53,554 bases of DNA from Basidiobolus ranarum. Taxonomy: Eukaryota. The position numbers and the translations under genes are program-made. The notes below the pieces were generated by a model. That model was not told the origin of the DNA. It saw only the letters and a program-made list of their open reading frames with translations, and made no database searches. Each line of letters opens with the position of its first letter. Position 1 is the stretch's first letter. Below, piece by piece: positions 49,709 through 53,554 of this stretch. Location: assembly GCA_040143965.1 (NCBI GenBank), contig JASJQH010000014.1, positions 1-53,554 of the forward strand. Reading direction: 5' to 3'.

Positions 49709-50003
49709 GCTAGTTTCTTTGATAAGGAATTCGCGTATCCCTATCAAGTTTAAATGATTCAAAACTGATACAAAATTTTCAAGGTAAATCTCAGTAAGTT
49801 TGAAGATTTACTCGATCTAAATTAATATTCTTTTTTTCAAGTCACAATATTGTTCAACAGTCGAATCACAAATTCTTTAATTCTTCACCATGCCATATGT
49901 TAAAAAATCGATTTTTGATTATATTTATTATACAATCAGCAATTAAGGGAACTCGGGTGATATTAAGTACAAATATAACAGATTAGACTGAGTTAAGCCT
50001 CAT

Positions 50004-52604
50004 TTAAATTTTGGTCATCTTATCGGTACCATGGGTTAAATGCGCAGATTGCTGTGGATTATAAGCGTCAGAACTCCATTCGGTAGTATGGTCAGTTTTT
50101 GAGGGTTTCATTGGGCTGGGGTTCACTTTAGATTCGGCATTCTTTCTTTCAATATTCATCAGCGTTTGTTCAGTTGCAAGGGCTATTCTATTATCAATAT
50201 CAACTAGCATTTCTGTCAATTTCTGAGGAACCATCTGCTCGATGATCTTCTTCACTTTGGAGTTAATGAATGGTGCGAGGAGCTTGTATCTAGTACTGTG
50301 CTTGGAGCCATGGATCTTCAGCTTCAGGTCATTCACTCGGGTGTTGCAATCGAGTACCTCATACAGATGGGCCTTCTTGCCTTTGGCTGGGTTAGTGTTC
50401 AGTAACAAGTCAAGCTCAATGCCATCCTCAGGCATTTCAACATCGATATAGCCAACATCTGTCATCTTGGGGAATGTCTTCATTCGATAGTAGAAGGCTG
50501 CATCCTTGACCTTGACTTGGACATGACTGAGCTTGACATAGACCTTGTTACGAACATTCTGTTCAGCATGGAGATTGGTATCCACGACGGTATCTGTTTT
50601 GATGTGTACAAAATTGGGTAGAATGTTGCTGCACTGAATCACCACATTGTCTAGCACAACGTCCATCTTTTCGTCTGATTGCTCCACACGAGGTAATGGA
50701 ACATAGTCCATCTTCTCGGCAATAACTGGGATCAGTTTGGCAAAATCTTTGACCAAATCGTATTTGAAGGTCGGGTTTCCAGACTCATCCAGGAACAAAT
50801 CTCTGGCGAATGCCTCCAAATCCCGGACAAATCTCTTTGTGGTTTTGTCACTCTTGAGGGCGAGGTTGAAGTTACTCAGTTCATCAGTGATTCTGGTGAA
50901 CAAACCACGATATTTACCCTCCATGATAGCATGGCCACGTTCCACAATACGGTTAGCATCATCTGTATATCCTGGACGATCAACATAGTCATATTCGCGG
51001 ATTGAACGATGAACAAAGGTCTTGATATCTTGAAGGAATTCGCCAAGATGTGGATCTTCATCAACCTTGTTTGAGAGATCTCTAAACGCCATCAACAATG
51101 GATCGAGTGACTTCTGTCCAGCAAAGTTCTCAACAAGTTCCCTTGCATTCTCTCGAGCAACTGAGACATCATCCTCGGCTACTTCATGTTTGGCGGCAGC
51201 CGTCTCGGAGACAGTGTTAGTGGCATGACGTCCATGATCCTTCAAGGTAGAGAAGATCGAGAGGAGCTCATCAACAGCAGTCTGGAAATCTGGGTTACCT
51301 TGGACCTCTCTGAATATCGCCTTCACTCGTTGCATGAGGTGTGTGCGTTGATCTGGTGATAATTGCATATTAGCCACCTTTTGTTGCAATCCAGAGTGCA
51401 TCTCCTTGGCCACTCCTACGGCAGCATCAAGAGGGGAGATTTCTCCTTGCTCAGCTTTGTGGACGTATGGTCTGGCCGCTTCCTTTGTGTTGAAGTAAGC
51501 TGGGGCCATGGTATCTTTCAGGGTACTTCTCAAGTTATCCCTTGCTTCCTCGGGTGTCATCTCGCGATCTTGTCCATGATGAACACTATCGGGAACCCCT
51601 TGAGCTTGAGTAAGATCGTGGGGGTGGTAAGATGGATCACTCATTGATGGTTCTATGTGAGAGCCAGCAGATGAATGAGTCAAACCTTCGTTTCTGATTG
51701 TGTTTCCAGTCAGATTGGATTGTGCCGAAGGCACGGTGTTATCCATGGAACTTCTGTCACGTTTTTCAAAGCTGGTAGCATGAGTGTTGGGATATGCTCC
51801 ATCTTGGTTTCCAGTGTGGATACCTTGAGTATGGGGATGAACTATATCTTGGCTTTGAGTGTGGATATCTTGTGTATGTGGATAGGTTCCTTCGTGATTT
51901 CCGGTGTGGATTCCTTGAGTCTGAGGATAGACTCCATCGTTGTTCCCGGCCTGGATATCATTGGTATTAGGGTAGGTTGAGTGTCCAGTACGGGGATCAA
52001 TAGTGGTCTCACCACTTTGTCCTGGGTGTCCTGGAACATTGGAAGTGACGGTTTCTTGTAAAATATTGGTCACATCATTGATTAATCGACGGAACTGGGA
52101 TGAGGTGACTATCAGCCAAGCCACTCTGGAAATACTCTCGGCCCCATCCACAGCCAGGTTCTTTGTATCGCCTGCAGCCCCTGCAAGTTCACTTTTGACT
52201 CCGTTGATGTCATCCCCACCTTTCATATTTTGTCCAGCCTGACCACTATGGTACACAATATTCTGAAGCTGATCATTGTCATTCTTTTCTGCGAGCAGTA
52301 ATTGAGTGGATTCCACCAAGCGTTCTGCATTTGCCATCATTCTCTTACCTTCAGGGCTCATGTCAGAAGCCAAACCGTGAAGGTTGTTATTTGCGGTAAG
52401 TTTATCCAAGCCTTGATTGATCTGATTTGTGGTTGGAAGTCTACCCTCTTGCAGTGCTTGACCCATCTCCTCGAGATGCTCTTTTCTACGAATCACCTTT
52501 TCCTGATGAGTACCCGACTTTGGAGGCAAAGTCTCACCTGGAACTCCGACTTTAGTGGTATCATTGACACGAGTAGAATGGTCTTTGCTTGAATTGGAAG
52601 TCAT
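50004..52604 (-). CDS. Large uncharacterised fungal protein (866 aa, intronless); helical N-terminal part and beta-rich C-terminal domain, DUF4449/DUF5923-like
   Basis: ALQEGRLPTTNQI, EKN..DQLQN, LIVTSSQFR.L..D, ELVENFA, YVPLPRVE..D...DVVLDN...NILP, SKH..YK. These motifs resemble a widespread fungal DUF family; the assignment is from memory. Confidence 0.85.
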   Translation of the reverse strand: MTSNSSKDHSTRVNDTTKVGVPGETLPPKSGTHQEKVIRRKEHLEEMGQALQEGRLPTTNQINQGLDKLTANNNLHGLASDMSPEGKRMMANAERLVESTQLLLAEKNDNDQLQNIVYHSGQAGQNMKGGDDINGVKSELAGAAGDTKNLAVDGAESISRVAWLIVTSSQFRRLINDVTNILQETVTSNVPGHPGQSGETTIDPRTGHSTYPNTNDIQAGNNDGVYPQTQGIHTGNHEGTYPHTQDIHTQSQDIVHPHTQGIHTGNQDGAYPNTHATSFEKRDRSSMDNTVPSAQSNLTGNTIRNEGLTHSSAGSHIEPSMSDPSYHPHDLTQAQGVPDSVHHGQDREMTPEEARDNLRSTLKDTMAPAYFNTKEAARPYVHKAEQGEISPLDAAVGVAKEMHSGLQQKVANMQLSPDQRTHLMQRVKAIFREVQGNPDFQTAVDELLSIFSTLKDHGRHATNTVSETAAAKHEVAEDDVSVARENARELVENFAGQKSLDPLLMAFRDLSNKVDEDPHLGEFLQDIKTFVHRSIREYDYVDRPGYTDDANRIVERGHAIMEGKYRGLFTRITDELSNFNLALKSDKTTKRFVRDLEAFARDLFLDESGNPTFKYDLVKDFAKLIPVIAEKMDYVPLPRVEQSDEKMDVVLDNVVIQCSNILPNFVHIKTDTVVDTNLHAEQNVRNKVYVKLSHVQVKVKDAAFYYRMKTFPKMTDVGYIDVEMPEDGIELDLLLNTNPAKGKKAHLYEVLDCNTRVNDLKLKIHGSKHSTRYKLLAPFINSKVKKIIEQMVPQKLTEMLVDIDNRIALATEQTLMNIERKNAESKVNPSPMKPSKTDHTTEWSSDAYNPQQSAHLTHGTDKMTKI
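51780..51974 (-). repeat. Intragenic 45-bp (15-aa) tandem repeat, ~4.3 copies
   Basis: YPNTNDIQAGNNDGV / YPQTQGIHTGNHEGT / YPHTQDIHTQSQDIV / HPHTQGIHTGNQDGA / YPNTH. Confidence 0.85.
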
Positions 52605-53369
52605 CTTGACAATATGAATATGGAATTAAAGAAGTAAAGTAATTGGATGATTTCGAAGTGAAATTAACAGTGGATTATATAGTATTTTAGTGAACAGCAT
52701 GATAAAGTTTCCATTTATCGAACAGAACGTAAACAAATCTATGAACTCGGTGACGTCGGATCATTAAATGAGAACATAGTGATGCTCATCATCATTTAGA
52801 AAGGGTATTCTGGATTTTTCTGTTCTTAGACAGATCGTTTGGTAGTGTTCATTTCATTCTATCTGGGTTAGTACAAAATTACATTATGTTGAATAATTCA
52901 TTTATTTGTAAAGGGAATCAATAGACGTACTCAAACCTAAACGGATGCTAGTTTCGTGAAACTTCATCCAAATTGACCGCTTCCTTATCTAGAATTCATG
53001 TACCAGTATTACATAATAGATACTGAAAGAGTACTTCGACAAGATCCATGACTGTTTCGTTCCTAAGAAACCACTTAGTAAGTAAAAGTGAACGTAAAAA
53101 ACGGGATTGAATTTTGTTGGCTGTACTGGTTAATGGTACACGACGATACAGATTTACCAAATCAAGTTAAGCTACCACATTTAGTTCCAGTTGAAATCAT
53201 CTTTCGCTCATACCTAGGTCGACGTCACTGATAAATTAAATGATCATGATATTGTGTAGTGGACTGTAAATTCATATATAAATCATTGGTAGATTCGATG
53301 GATTCAACATTATTTTCAAATCTATTCTGTATATTTTACTGTATTCTCAACATTCAGCTTACTTAAAAA

Positions 53370-53554
53370 ATGCTTTCAAACACAAACAACTCCACCAGCA
53401 AAGATCATTCTACTCATGTTAATAATACCACTAAAGTCGGAGTTCCAGGTGAGACTTTGCCTCCAAAGTCGGGTACTCATCAGGAAAAGGTGATTCGTAG
53501 AAAAGAGCATCTCGAGGAGATGGGGCGAGCACTGCAAGAGGGTGGACTTCCAAC
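53370..53554 (+). CDS. 5' end of a head-to-head paralog of the 866-aa gene (runs off the window)
   Basis: MLSNTNNSTSKDHSTHVNNTTKVGVPGETLPPKSGTHQEKVIRRKEHLEEMGRALQEGGLP; inverted copy of about 52435-52590. Not in the supplied ORF track. Confidence 0.88.
   Translation, partial: MLSNTNNSTSKDHSTHVNNTTKVGVPGETLPPKSGTHQEKVIRRKEHLEEMGRALQEGGLP

Overview
Gene-dense, intron-containing eukaryotic DNA. Short GT-AG introns and the gene content point to an early-diverging fungus (possibly Basidiobolus-like; this is inference). About 22 protein-coding genes are supported: a GH5 exo-beta-1,3-glucanase, an ACSF2-like acyl-CoA synthetase, an F-box/LRR protein, two bZIP factors (one Yap1/Pap1-like), TOM70, NF-YA/HAP2, RPL19, lipoyl synthase, a bHLH factor, an SLC17-type MFS transporter, a p31comet-like HORMA protein, a DDX20/Gemin3-like helicase, a Tho1/MOS11-like protein, eIF2-beta, peroxisomal ABC transporter PXA1, Spc24, a mitochondrial DEAD-box helicase, and a large uncharacterised protein with a head-to-head near-identical paralog at the right edge. 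Three regions stand out. (1) An orphan island between TOM70 and NF-YA holds two divergently oriented small secreted-protein genes (one a 63-aa Kex2-type prepropeptide with two Cys) and an intronless orphan 7TM receptor-like gene, a possible peptide/receptor module. (2) The first ~1.5 kb is almost free of CpG and carries a tRNA-like cloverleaf with an AGA anticodon but no long variable arm. (3) The inverted paralog pair shares a 100-nt identical tract and mirror-placed promoter motifs. Exon boundaries were read by eye; no searches were run.
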